The notes under the pieces are model-generated. The model was given only the letters and a program-made list of their open reading frames with translations, made no database searches and was not told where the DNA came from. 64,000 bases of DNA from a virus (taxonomy: Duplodnaviria > Caudoviricetes). Position 1 is the first letter of the stretch. Each line of letters starts with the position of its first letter. Positions 9,026 through 16,798 of this stretch are shown here, in pieces. The stretch covers positions 1 through 64,000 of IMG/VR virus record IMGVR_UViG_3300011624_000001; one strand, written 5' to 3'. A program made the translations under genes and the position numbers.

Positions 9026-9226
9026 TCAGTCGTCGGAATTGCGTTCGAGGGCGGCCACGTCGGCAGCGTCGCGGCAGATGGCGGCGGCGGCCATGCCGCG
9101 CGCTTCGGCCCACTTGAACAGTTGAGCCCAGGCCGAGCGTGCGACGCGGCGGGCATGGCCTGGGTGGCACGAATTCACGCGGTCGATGTAGCGTTGCTGG
9201 GCTTGGATCAGGGTCATCAAGGTCAT
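9026..9226 (-). CDS. Hypothetical protein, first gene after early promoter
   Basis: Downstream of promoter 9267..9296 with GGAG RBS. Confidence 0.7.
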   Translation of the reverse strand: MTLMTLIQAQQRYIDRVNSCHPGHARRVARSAWAQLFKWAEARGMAAAAICRDAADVAALERNSDD

Positions 9227-9266
9227 TCTCCGGTCATGCCGCGCACAGTGCGCCGCCTTGAAACAG

Positions 9267-9296
9267 ATTATATGCGCTCATAATTCGGAGCGTCAA
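9267..9296 (-). promoter_or_regulatory. Early-type promoter/operator, copy 2
   Basis: TTGACG-ctccgaa-TTATGAGCGCA-TATAAT. Confidence 0.82.
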
Positions 9297-9307
9297 GCGG
9301 AATGTGG

Positions 9308-9329
9308 AAAAGCCCGCTCGCGGCGGGCT
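9308..9329 (-). terminator. Intrinsic terminator
   Basis: AAAAGCCCGC-TCGCG-GCGGGCT. Confidence 0.65.
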
Positions 9330-9371
9330 GGGGTGATTCGAGGGAGTAGAGCGGCTAGAGGGTGGCGCTGG

Positions 9372-9698
9372 TCAAGCTGCGGGCTCGCCTGAGCTGGCCG
9401 GTTCGGCGACTTGGCGCACCAGCGCGCGCCATGCGCTGTGCTGGCCGAGCAGCTTGTGTTTGTCCTCGGCGGCCGCGTTGGGCAGCTCGGCGTCGAGCTT
9501 GCTCATGCTGCCCAGCGCATAGCCGTACAGCAGGGCGCAGTCTTCGCGGGTCGCCTCGATCATGACGGCCCCGGCTTTGTCCTCGCGCCCGGCCGCGACT
9601 TCGGCTTCGATCCGCTTGAGGATGCCGCCCTCGGCGGCCAATGCCTCGGCCAGCATGGCGGCTACTTTCTTGGAGATTTTCAGGTTGGTGGTGCTCAT
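9372..9698 (-). CDS. Hypothetical protein
   Basis: ORF with RBS, operon context. Confidence 0.7.
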   Translation of the reverse strand: MSTTNLKISKKVAAMLAEALAAEGGILKRIEAEVAAGREDKAGAVMIEATREDCALLYGYALGSMSKLDAELPNAAAEDKHKLLGQHSAWRALVRQVAEPASSGEPAA

Positions 9699-9704
9699 AC
9701 GCTC

Positions 9705-10034
9705 CTATTCAGGGTTGGGGTTGGTGGGGGAAAAGGTGATGACCTCCTGGGCGATGTTCAACGGCAGTTTCGGCGTGTGCATGACGACGTTGCCACCGTA
9801 GGCAATGATGGCGCGGCCGCGCACGATGGTCCCGGCCCCGATGGCGAACGGCGCATCGTCGGGTGCCGGGCTTTCATCGAACAGCAGCATATCGCCGTCG
9901 TTCACGCGCAGGATTTCGAGGTATTCCGCGCCGATGAGCGCCTGGAAGTGCTCGATGGTCCCGTCCGACTCGACGGCGCGCACGGTGCGCGCTACCGGGT
10001 CGATCAGGATGACGTGCTGAATACGGGTGTTCAT
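9705..10034 (-). CDS. DUF3846-like protein
   Basis: ILIDP...V.......HFQALIG..YLE......DMLLFDE pattern. Confidence 0.65.
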   Translation of the reverse strand: MNTRIQHVILIDPVARTVRAVESDGTIEHFQALIGAEYLEILRVNDGDMLLFDESPAPDDAPFAIGAGTIVRGRAIIAYGGNVVMHTPKLPLNIAQEVITFSPTNPNPE

Positions 10035-10567
10035 GGGTTCGGCGCGTCGGCACCGAGCGCATTCGCCCTGGCGCTGCGCTGGCTGGCGACCAGCTCGCAG
10101 GCGGCGGTGATGCTGTCGATGGCGGCGCGGTGCTCGGCCAGCTCGTCGCGCGTGTGGTCATGGTCGGTCGCAACGCTTTGCAGCACGACGCCCAGGCGCG
10201 CGAGGTTGCCCGCGATCTTGGCGGCGGCCGCCGTCTTCGAGTCGTGCGCGTTGATGGCCTCCAGCGTGATGCCGCCGCCGTAGGGCAGCTTGCCGAAAGC
10301 CTGATTGACCAGTTCATGCGGCTGGGGCGTGTCGGCCGAGGCGGGCGGTGCGGTGTACAGCGTCCGGGCGGCGGTGACGGCCTCGGACAGCAGGCTCAGG
10401 CGTGCGTCCGCTTGCAGGGCCGTGTCGGCGGGCGATTCCACGATGCTGATGATGCGCGCCAGGGCGCAGGACACATCGCCATACAGCGGCAGCGCGGCCA
10501 GCGCCAGCAGCTCGTCCGCGCGGTGGATCGCGGCGTCTTGGACTTCCAGTGGGGTCATTGCGTTCAT
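10031..10567 (-). CDS. Hypothetical helical protein
   Basis: Coupled with both neighbours. Confidence 0.7.
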   Translation of the reverse strand: MNAMTPLEVQDAAIHRADELLALAALPLYGDVSCALARIISIVESPADTALQADARLSLLSEAVTAARTLYTAPPASADTPQPHELVNQAFGKLPYGGGITLEAINAHDSKTAAAAKIAGNLARLGVVLQSVATDHDHTRDELAEHRAAIDSITAACELVASQRSARANALGADAPNP

Positions 10568-10804
10568 TCAAGTCTCCGGTTCGATGGGGTCGTCGCTGAC
10601 GATCCAGATGGTTTTGCCCTTGTAGCGTTTCAGCTCGGGCAGGTTCGCGCGGTAGCACAGGTCTTGGTAGGCGCTGCGGGTCAGGAAGATGATGACGGAG
10701 CCCTTCGCATTGGCCTCGATCACGGCCTGGTTGGCGATGGCCGTCCCGTTGAAGTCGGCGGCGGCGAATGCGGCGGCGACCATGGTGGCGATATTAGCTT
10801 TCAT
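10568..10804 (-). CDS. Hypothetical protein
   Basis: Stop abuts next start. Confidence 0.65.
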   Translation of the reverse strand: MKANIATMVAAAFAAADFNGTAIANQAVIEANAKGSVIIFLTRSAYQDLCYRANLPELKRYKGKTIWIVSDDPIEPET

Positions 10805-10931
10805 AGTCGCCAGCGATCAGCCGCGCGGCCGTCGTGAAGATCGAGCGTTCCACGGCGCGCAGGCCGTAGCGGGCCGCCAGCTCGTCCAGGCGGGTGACGG
10901 ATTGGGTCAGGATCAGGGCGGTGATGCTCAT
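10794..10931 (-). CDS. Small hypothetical protein (45 aa, MSITALILTQ...)
   Basis: Read manually; GAGAG RBS; fills gap between promoter copy 3 and the 10804 gene. Confidence 0.5.
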   Translation of the reverse strand: MSITALILTQSVTRLDELAARYGLRAVERSIFTTAARLIAGDYES

Positions 10932-11035
10932 GCGGCTCTCTCGTTATGGTTCGGGTGTATGCGCGCAACAACTGTACGGTGTTACGCGCCGGGGCGTCGT
11001 CCTCTATCGCTTCCTGGCACGGCAAGCGATACGGA

Positions 11036-11065
11036 ATTGTATGCGCTCATAACATCGAGCGTCAA
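11036..11065 (-). promoter_or_regulatory. Early-type promoter/operator, copy 3
   Basis: TTGACG-ctcgatg-TTATGAGCGCA-TACAAT. Confidence 0.82.
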
Positions 11066-11093
11066 CAGGAAAACGACCAGCGCCACGCCGGGT

Positions 11094-11136
11094 TAGGAAA
11101 ACGCCGCCCAGGTCGTCCGGCACCGGCTCGTAAAGT
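11094..11136 (+). promoter_or_regulatory. Late-type promoter motif, copy 1
   Basis: TAGGAAAA-N29-TAAAGT(G). Confidence 0.65.
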
Positions 11137-11291
11137 GGCCTCACCAACGGCGGAACTCTGTTGCTACCGAGCGCAAAGCCGGGCTGATTGCTGGCCCGGT
11201 AGGAAGGCGGATTTGCGCGCCCTGGCTGATTATCTAACTCGACAATATGATTTCTAATGTCGAGTAAAAAGCCTTTAGAATCAAAGACTTA

Positions 11292-11319
11292 CGTTCGCAT
11301 AATCTATCTTATGTTAAAT
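11292..11319 (+). other. dif: XerCD dif-like recombination site
   Basis: CGTTCGCATAA-TCTATC-TTATGTTAAAT; XerD arm 11/11 and XerC arm 9/11 versus E. coli dif. Confidence 0.88.
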
Positions 11320-11340
11320 CGTAAAACGGAGAATTTAACA

Positions 11341-11490
11341 ATGTCGAAGCAAAGCACCCTCATCCCTTCGCGCTCGTTCCACGTCGGCGATTACAAGCTG
11401 GCCGAATGGCTCCTTCTGGTGTCGCTGATCGGCGCGTCGTGCGTGGTCGCCGCCAGCGGCGTCAAATGGCTGCTCTCCCTGGTCCCATAA
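11341..11490 (+). CDS. Small membrane protein (49 aa)
   Basis: GGAG RBS; hydrophobic WLLLVSLIGASCVVAASGVKWLLSLV. Confidence 0.55.
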   Translation: MSKQSTLIPSRSFHVGDYKLAEWLLLVSLIGASCVVAASGVKWLLSLVP

Positions 11491-11512
11491 CCCCTCATCA
11501 AAGGTATTGAAA

Positions 11513-11800
11513 ATGATTCGTCACCGTAGCCGCATGATGTTCCTGGCCGCCGCGCTGATGTGCGCCGTGAGCGCCAGCAGCGTAGCAACCGCAACCGACG
11601 TGGCCTACACGCCCGGCTCGAAAGCCCAGGCCGTCCACTCGGTTCCCGCCATGCCGGTATCGGTCGCGGATCACCACGTCGCCCTGGTGGCCGCATCGCC
11701 CAGCTTGGCGGTGGTGGCGGTGGCCGTCGGCTCGATGATCGCAGGCCCGGTGAACCCGGTGCCGCACCGGCCGCGTGAGAAGCCGCGATTGTGGGGATGA
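11513..11800 (+). CDS. Putative exported/membrane protein
   Basis: Basic N-terminus plus FLAAALMCAVSASSVA signal-like segment; second hydrophobic stretch; followed by terminator. Confidence 0.55.
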   Translation: MIRHRSRMMFLAAALMCAVSASSVATATDVAYTPGSKAQAVHSVPAMPVSVADHHVALVAASPSLAVVAVAVGSMIAGPVNPVPHRPREKPRLWG

Positions 11801-11824
11801 CCAACTGCGTACCACTGCCAAAGT

Positions 11825-11853
11825 AAAAAGCCCCGATCCGTTCGGGGCTTTTT
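11825..11853. terminator. Bidirectional intrinsic terminator
   Basis: AAAAAGCCCCGA-TCCGT-TCGGGGCTTTTT between convergent genes. Confidence 0.85.
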
Positions 11854-11858
11854 CGTTG

Positions 11859-12260
11859 TCAGAACAGGGATAGCTGCGGCGCGTTCACCGGCTCGGCCTT
11901 GGGACGCGGACCGAATAGCGCTGGCGCTCGCGCAGCGGCCGCAGGCGGCGTTTTCTCGGCGGCCGCGCTGGCGCTGTACTGCTCATGCTGGCGCAGCAGC
12001 TTGGCGGCCTTCTCCGCGATCCAGGCGTCCTTGGGCAAGTGCATCCCGGTCGTGCCGTCCCAGTCGAAAAACTCGCGGTCGTAGAACAGCACCCGGCCGG
12101 TGAAGTCGCGTTGCAGCGCCACCAGCTCGTCCGACCAGCGCTGCCATGTGTCGTCGCTGACAATCGGGCTGTCGAGCTGGTAGTACAGGTAGGAATGCAC
12201 CGCGATCTGCTGGCGGCGCTGCCGGATACGCTCGGCGGTGGTCTGTGCCGTCGCCATCAT
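11859..12260 (-). CDS. Stand-alone NAD-dependent DNA ligase domain Ia-like protein
   Basis: IAVHSYLYYQLDSPIVSDDTWQRWSDELVALQ matches LigA Ia pattern; no KxDG adenylation domain. Confidence 0.75.
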   Translation of the reverse strand: MMATAQTTAERIRQRRQQIAVHSYLYYQLDSPIVSDDTWQRWSDELVALQRDFTGRVLFYDREFFDWDGTTGMHLPKDAWIAEKAAKLLRQHEQYSASAAAEKTPPAAAARAPALFGPRPKAEPVNAPQLSLF

Positions 12261-12712
12261 GCGCCCTGCCGCGCATCGAGCCCGCGCAGGTATTCGCCGA
12301 GCTGGCCGCGCTGGGTGCCGATGCCGCCCTCCGTCATGCGCACCCACCCGTAGGGATCGACAATCCCGGCCTCGCGGAGCTGGTCAAGGTAGGTAAGCGC
12401 CAGGGCGCGATAGGCCCGGCCGCCAGCAATGAATACCTCGCTGTAACGCTTGCCTGCGAAGCCCACCAGCGGCACGGCCTGCGTCGATAGATCGCGCGCG
12501 CGGTCGAGTGTCATCGGCTGCTCGTAATTCTCGATCAGCGTGTCGGCATGGATCAGGCCGTGCTTCGCCGAGAGGATGCAAATGTCCGGCCGGTTGTCCG
12601 GCATCCACTTGCGCAGCACCGAGAACATGACGCCCCGGTACAGGTCGAGCGCGCGGTGCGTGCCTTCCAGCTTGGGAGCGGAACACGCGATCAGCAGCAG
12701 CGCGGCGGTCAT
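12257..12712 (-). CDS. DUF6884/YaaA-like protein
   Basis: LIACSAPK....ALDLYRG..F, ILSAKHGLI.ADT.IENYE. Confidence 0.7.
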   Translation of the reverse strand: MTAALLLIACSAPKLEGTHRALDLYRGVMFSVLRKWMPDNRPDICILSAKHGLIHADTLIENYEQPMTLDRARDLSTQAVPLVGFAGKRYSEVFIAGGRAYRALALTYLDQLREAGIVDPYGWVRMTEGGIGTQRGQLGEYLRGLDARQGA

Positions 12713-13029
12713 GGCTTCGCCTCGGCAGTCTCCAGTAGCGCCTGCTGCGCGCGGTCGGCGGCCTCCAGGGCGGTCAGCAGCTCCCTGCCCGCGTCCACGA
12801 TCATATAACCGTCGTCCCAGTCCCAGCGCGCCAGCTTGCGGTCGCAAAGTGGCTTGACGAAGCGCGAGGCGGCCAGCGCCGTGCCCTGCGGCGACGGGTT
12901 GCGCTTGTGGTTCTCGGTGCGGTCGGTGAACAGCATGTAGCCGATGGCCGACAGGTTGCGATACGGACCGTGATCGCGCAGGATGGTCAGCGCCTTGCGT
13001 TCGTAAGGCGTCAGGTTAATGTCAGTCAT
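12709..13029 (-). CDS. Hypothetical protein (winged-helix-like)
   Basis: LT.YERKAL.IL...; ATGA overlap. Confidence 0.65.
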   Translation of the reverse strand: MTDINLTPYERKALTILRDHGPYRNLSAIGYMLFTDRTENHKRNPSPQGTALAASRFVKPLCDRKLARWDWDDGYMIVDAGRELLTALEAADRAQQALLETAEAKP

Positions 13030-13054
13030 TTGTCGATTTATTGTAAGTTTTTTG

Positions 13055-13261
13055 TCAGTCCAAAAACGTCCCATTCGGGTCGCGGCGGCGGTTGCCAGCG
13101 CCAGCGGCCGTCTTGAGGCAGTATTCGATGCTGTGCTTTTTGCTGCCGCAGTAGGTGCAGCGCAGGTGCAGCAGCGCCGAGCTGCCGCCGTAGGTGTGCG
13201 GGCAAAGCGCGACCGAATGCGCCTTGCCGCAGTAGGTGCAGTATTGGGCGCTCACCGGCAT
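13055..13261 (-). CDS. Tandem CCHC zinc-knuckle protein
   Basis: CTYCGKAHSVALC and CTYCGSKKHSIEYC (exact CX2CX4HX4C). Confidence 0.75.
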   Translation of the reverse strand: MPVSAQYCTYCGKAHSVALCPHTYGGSSALLHLRCTYCGSKKHSIEYCLKTAAGAGNRRRDPNGTFLD

Positions 13262-13695
13262 GGCCCTAGCACCGGGTCGGCCGGGTCCACGCCGTTTGCC
13301 TCGGCCATCGCGCGATAGTTCGTGTGCAGCTCATGGCCGCCGTCGCTGACCGCATCGAAGTCGTAGCGTCCGCTGCTGTAGCCTAGTCGCACGGCAAGGT
13401 TGTGATCCGCGCCGCGCAGCAGGAACCCGGCGCACGTCGCGGGCTTCTTCGCGCCCGATTCGTGGCATGAGAACACGGACTGGGCCATATCATACGAGGT
13501 CGGCGCGGAGTGCTTGAATGCCCCGGCCGGGAACGCGCCAGTCTGGTCTATGCGCCACGGACAGCCGCCGCACGGCTCGCGGCGATACTGGCCGCCGCCG
13601 CCTTCAATGGTGACGACTTGGTGGTTTTCGTCCACTGGCCGCACGCCAGTGACGCGCGCAGTCTTGCGCGGCTTCTTTGTTGCTTCGGACATCAT
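13252..13695 (-). CDS. DUF6283-like Cys/His protein
   Basis: PCGGCPWR...FSCH...CAGFL. Confidence 0.65.
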   Translation of the reverse strand: MMSEATKKPRKTARVTGVRPVDENHQVVTIEGGGGQYRREPCGGCPWRIDQTGAFPAGAFKHSAPTSYDMAQSVFSCHESGAKKPATCAGFLLRGADHNLAVRLGYSSGRYDFDAVSDGGHELHTNYRAMAEANGVDPADPVLGPCR

Positions 13696-14165
13696 TCCCC
13701 TCGCGTGTCGAAGAACTCGACGTTCTTGTGGTGACTGGTCCCGCTCACTACCATCGACGTGATGAAGTAGAAATTGCGGCCCCGGTCGTAGACGATTTCC
13801 TCATTGTCCGTGCCCGGCTTGATGATCTCTTTAACGGTGGCAGTATGGGCCTTGTCGCCGATAGTGAAGCGTAGGCGCTGGCGCACGCGCACCTGCCCCG
13901 GCCCGGTGACGGGCTTCCACTGGGCCACGTCGAGGAACTGAATCATATGCGCGGCGACGGTGATGACGTTCCCATCGGGCAGCTCGACCACGGCCGCCAT
14001 GCCATGCACGACATCATCCGGGCCTTCAGTGCTCTCCGGGCCGAACATATGGAACAGGGCTCGCTCATGCAGCACCGTGCGCGGATAGTCGTAGCCGCCG
14101 CCCTCCTTCGGCGTGCGTAGATAGTGGTAGACGCGCACTGGGCGCGGGAGCTGGCGCGAAGTCAT
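13692..14165 (-). CDS. Hypothetical protein
   Basis: Start MTSRQLP at ATGA overlap. Confidence 0.65.
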   Translation of the reverse strand: MTSRQLPRPVRVYHYLRTPKEGGGYDYPRTVLHERALFHMFGPESTEGPDDVVHGMAAVVELPDGNVITVAAHMIQFLDVAQWKPVTGPGQVRVRQRLRFTIGDKAHTATVKEIIKPGTDNEEIVYDRGRNFYFITSMVVSGTSHHKNVEFFDTRGE

Positions 14166-14479
14166 TGCGCCTCCGGGGTGCGGCGCGCCCACCAGACGGT
14201 CGGGCCGTCCTCGGTATCGTCAATGGCGAGCATGAACCAGCCTTCGCCCTGCGGCGGGGCGGGGTTCCAGGAGGCGAACCGGCCAGTTTCAGCGCATTCC
14301 GCGTGCGCTGGGCAGTCTTCGTCCTCGGATTCGAGGGAGTTGTAGATCACCTCCAGGCCTTGCTGCTCGATCCATTCGTGGTACTTGTGCGCGTCGCCCT
14401 CATCGAACAGAGGCATATCGGGGTGGTCCCATGCGCCGCTTGCGTCGCGCCACACGGCGGCAGGCTGAATCAGTTCCAT
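14162..14479 (-). CDS. Conserved phage hypothetical protein
   Basis: RD..G.W.HP...W.P.PP.GEGWF.L.I.DTEDGP..WW. Confidence 0.75.
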   Translation of the reverse strand: MELIQPAAVWRDASGAWDHPDMPLFDEGDAHKYHEWIEQQGLEVIYNSLESEDEDCPAHAECAETGRFASWNPAPPQGEGWFMLAIDDTEDGPTVWWARRTPEAQ

Positions 14480-14481
14480 GC

Positions 14482-14934
14482 TCAGGCTCCCGTCGATCCA
14501 AAACCGCCCTCGCCGCGCGCCGTGGCGTCCAGCTCGTCCACGACCTCGAATTCCGCATCAACCTGCCGGATGAACTCGATCTGTGCGATGCAGTCGCCCG
14601 CGCGCAGCTTCTTCGCGCGGTGCGTGCCGCTGGCGTCGAAGCGAATGGATACCTGCACCTCTCCCCGGTAGTCGCAGTCGATCAGGCCGGTGCTGTTCGA
14701 CAGGCGCAGGGCCGACTTGAAGCCATGGCCGCTGCGGCTGTGAATCTTGAAGCCCCAGCCCGGATCGCACTCGAACGCGAGGCCGGTGCGGTAGTGGGTG
14801 GCGTGATCGTCGCTCGGGTGCGGTTTTCCGTCGTCCAGGGCGTACAGGTCGTAGCAGAGCGAGCCGGAGGTGGCGCGCACTGGCAGCTTGGCGGCAGGGT
14901 CGAGGCGCTTGATTCGTACTTTCAGGTTTTGCAT
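14482..14934 (-). CDS. dut: Trimeric dUTPase
   Basis: Motifs CYDL, SRSG, GLIDCDYRGE, IAQ, RGEGGFGSTG. Confidence 0.95.
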   Translation of the reverse strand: MQNLKVRIKRLDPAAKLPVRATSGSLCYDLYALDDGKPHPSDDHATHYRTGLAFECDPGWGFKIHSRSGHGFKSALRLSNSTGLIDCDYRGEVQVSIRFDASGTHRAKKLRAGDCIAQIEFIRQVDAEFEVVDELDATARGEGGFGSTGA

Positions 14935-14944
14935 GGTGGTGTCC

Positions 14945-15529
14945 TTATTGGTGGATTTCGGGCAGTTCAGGAGTGCTCAGGCGCAGCCAGTAGCCGCCGT
15001 ATTCGTCGCACATGATGGCGTGGCCGGTGTGGGAATGGTTCATCGGAACAAAGCCCTTGCGTGCGGTGCCGCTGTACAGGACGTGGATGACGCTCGGGGC
15101 GCTGTCCGGGTCGCCGTTCCAGTGCCAGTATTCGCCCTGCTCTACTGGCGGCTTCATCGTCCAGGCCGAGCGCGGCACGCGGGGCATGTACGGGCCGTAA
15201 GAGAGGCGGTGCTGGCGGGCCACGTCCGATACCTTGGCGCGGTCGCGGTCCCAGTAGATCACATTGCCATTCGGCGCGAGGACGGCCCAAGCGTCATCCT
15301 CAACCGGGATCGGCGTGACGTGCGACAGGCAGTAGCAGCCGCTCACGCCATCGAGCCATACCACGGCCGTGTGCCCGGACAGGATTTGCGCCTCGGTGCG
15401 CGTGGTGGTGATGAGGGGCTTGTCGGTGCCGTCGATCTTGACGGCCACGCGGCCGCCTACGCGGCAATCGAAGTTGAAAACGTCGCATTCCGCCTGGAGC
15501 GATTCGCGCGATGGTGCTTTGCGGGTCAT
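14945..15529 (-). CDS. Hypothetical protein
   Basis: Start MTRKAPS at ATGA overlap. Confidence 0.65.
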   Translation of the reverse strand: MTRKAPSRESLQAECDVFNFDCRVGGRVAVKIDGTDKPLITTTRTEAQILSGHTAVVWLDGVSGCYCLSHVTPIPVEDDAWAVLAPNGNVIYWDRDRAKVSDVARQHRLSYGPYMPRVPRSAWTMKPPVEQGEYWHWNGDPDSAPSVIHVLYSGTARKGFVPMNHSHTGHAIMCDEYGGYWLRLSTPELPEIHQ

Positions 15530-15840
15530 TGTGTGTCGTCCTTTGCAGGGGTTGGGTATCCAGGGCAACCGCCGCCCTCTTTGTAGTTGAATCCAGTGCA
15601 GCCCTTGTCGGCGTGGCCGCAGGGGGTGCCGCATTCGTCGCCCATCGGCAGCAACTCGCGGCCTGCGGCGAGGTCGGCGCGCAGGCCGGACAGTGCCGCC
15701 GCATTCGTCAGCGATTTGCCGGTGTTCTTGTCGTTGAAATACGACTTGGCGCGTGGGCGGCGGCCCTCAAGGTCGCGGATCGCGCCGCGCACGCTCAGGG
15801 CGATACTGAACGTGCGGCCGCCCTTCATGGTGTTGGTCAT
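15526..15840 (-). CDS. Hypothetical protein with C-terminal Cys cluster
   Basis: CGTPC....C.GF....GCPG. Confidence 0.65.
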   Translation of the reverse strand: MTNTMKGGRTFSIALSVRGAIRDLEGRRPRAKSYFNDKNTGKSLTNAAALSGLRADLAAGRELLPMGDECGTPCGHADKGCTGFNYKEGGGCPGYPTPAKDDTQ

Positions 15841-16400
15841 GCTGCTGGTTCCTCTCGCGGCGCTTTGGCCGCTTGGTGGTGGTCGAAATAGGCTTGCAGC
15901 CGGGTCAGGTCGGAGCGCATGCGCAGCAGGTCCGCGCGCCATACCAGCGCCATCTGGTCAGGGACCGGCGCGGGCTGCTGGAGGGCGCAGGCGGCGCGCA
16001 GGCGCTCGTAGGATGCGGCCTTGGCCTCGGGGCCGTGGTTCGCCAGCGGTGCCAGCCCTTCCGGCTTGGCGAACAGCGCGACGTGCTGCTTTGCCCGCGC
16101 GTTCCACCCGTACTTGATGAGGTAGCTGCGGGTGTCCGAATACGCGCCATTCGGATGGCGGGCCAGCGGGATTTTGTCCGAGCGCACCGGGTCGCGCGCC
16201 CAGCGCTCGAACAGGTAGGTTTCGTCACGCGGCACTTGCGCGGCCAGCGGCAGCTCGAACGTCAGCACGGACTCGATCAGTAGCGCGGCGCTGTCAATCG
16301 AGCCGGTGACGGCAAATTGGTGCCCGGTGCCGAGGTCGTCGCGCACCTCGAAGCCCGCACCGCGGAATGCGTTCATCACGTCTTGAACGATGGTGGTCAT
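15837..16400 (-). CDS. Hypothetical protein
   Basis: Coupled in operon. Confidence 0.7.
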   Translation of the reverse strand: MTTIVQDVMNAFRGAGFEVRDDLGTGHQFAVTGSIDSAALLIESVLTFELPLAAQVPRDETYLFERWARDPVRSDKIPLARHPNGAYSDTRSYLIKYGWNARAKQHVALFAKPEGLAPLANHGPEAKAASYERLRAACALQQPAPVPDQMALVWRADLLRMRSDLTRLQAYFDHHQAAKAPREEPAA

Positions 16401-16402
16401 GG

Positions 16403-16798
16403 TTATAGCTTTCGGTAAAACAGTGTCAGCAGCGGGTCGAACGCCTGGAGTGTGTAGCCCTTCTGCCCTTTTGCCTTGCGGTAGCGCGCGCCGCGCCGCC
16501 GCGCGTCGGCAAGATAGTCCTCATACAGCCCGATTCGCCTCAAGCCCGCCCTATACCTGGCCTGTAGCTCGGCCTGGGTAAAGCGTCTTGGCCGCCGCGC
16601 ATCCTTGCCAGGGCCGCGCACGTACACGGCGGCGAAGTCGCCCAGCGTGCGCTCCCACCGGCCGATGTGGATTGCCTCGGCCTTGCGCAGCCGGGTCATC
16701 CACTTGTGCAGCGTCGAGGTAGAGCTGATACTGAGCTGCGCCAGCAGCCTGCTGGTCGTGGCGGGCAGCAGCTCCAGAATGCGCTCGCCGGTCGTCAC
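16403..16798 (-). CDS. Hypothetical HTH-like protein
   Basis: GTGA overlap; helix-turn-helix-like N-terminus. Confidence 0.6.
   Translation of the reverse strand: MTTGERILELLPATTSRLLAQLSISSTSTLHKWMTRLRKAEAIHIGRWERTLGDFAAVYVRGPGKDARRPRRFTQAELQARYRAGLRRIGLYEDYLADARRRGARYRKAKGQKGYTLQAFDPLLTLFYRKL

Noticed and set aside
9305-9347. GGAAAA as a twelfth late promoter
   Set aside because: No AnnnT at +31; the A-run belongs to the terminator hairpin
11257-11340. N-terminal extension of the 11257..11490 ORF
   Set aside because: Runs through the dif site; a better RBS and start exist at 11341
11859-12260. Functional DNA ligase
   Set aside because: Only domain Ia; lacks KxDG adenylation, OB and BRCT domains
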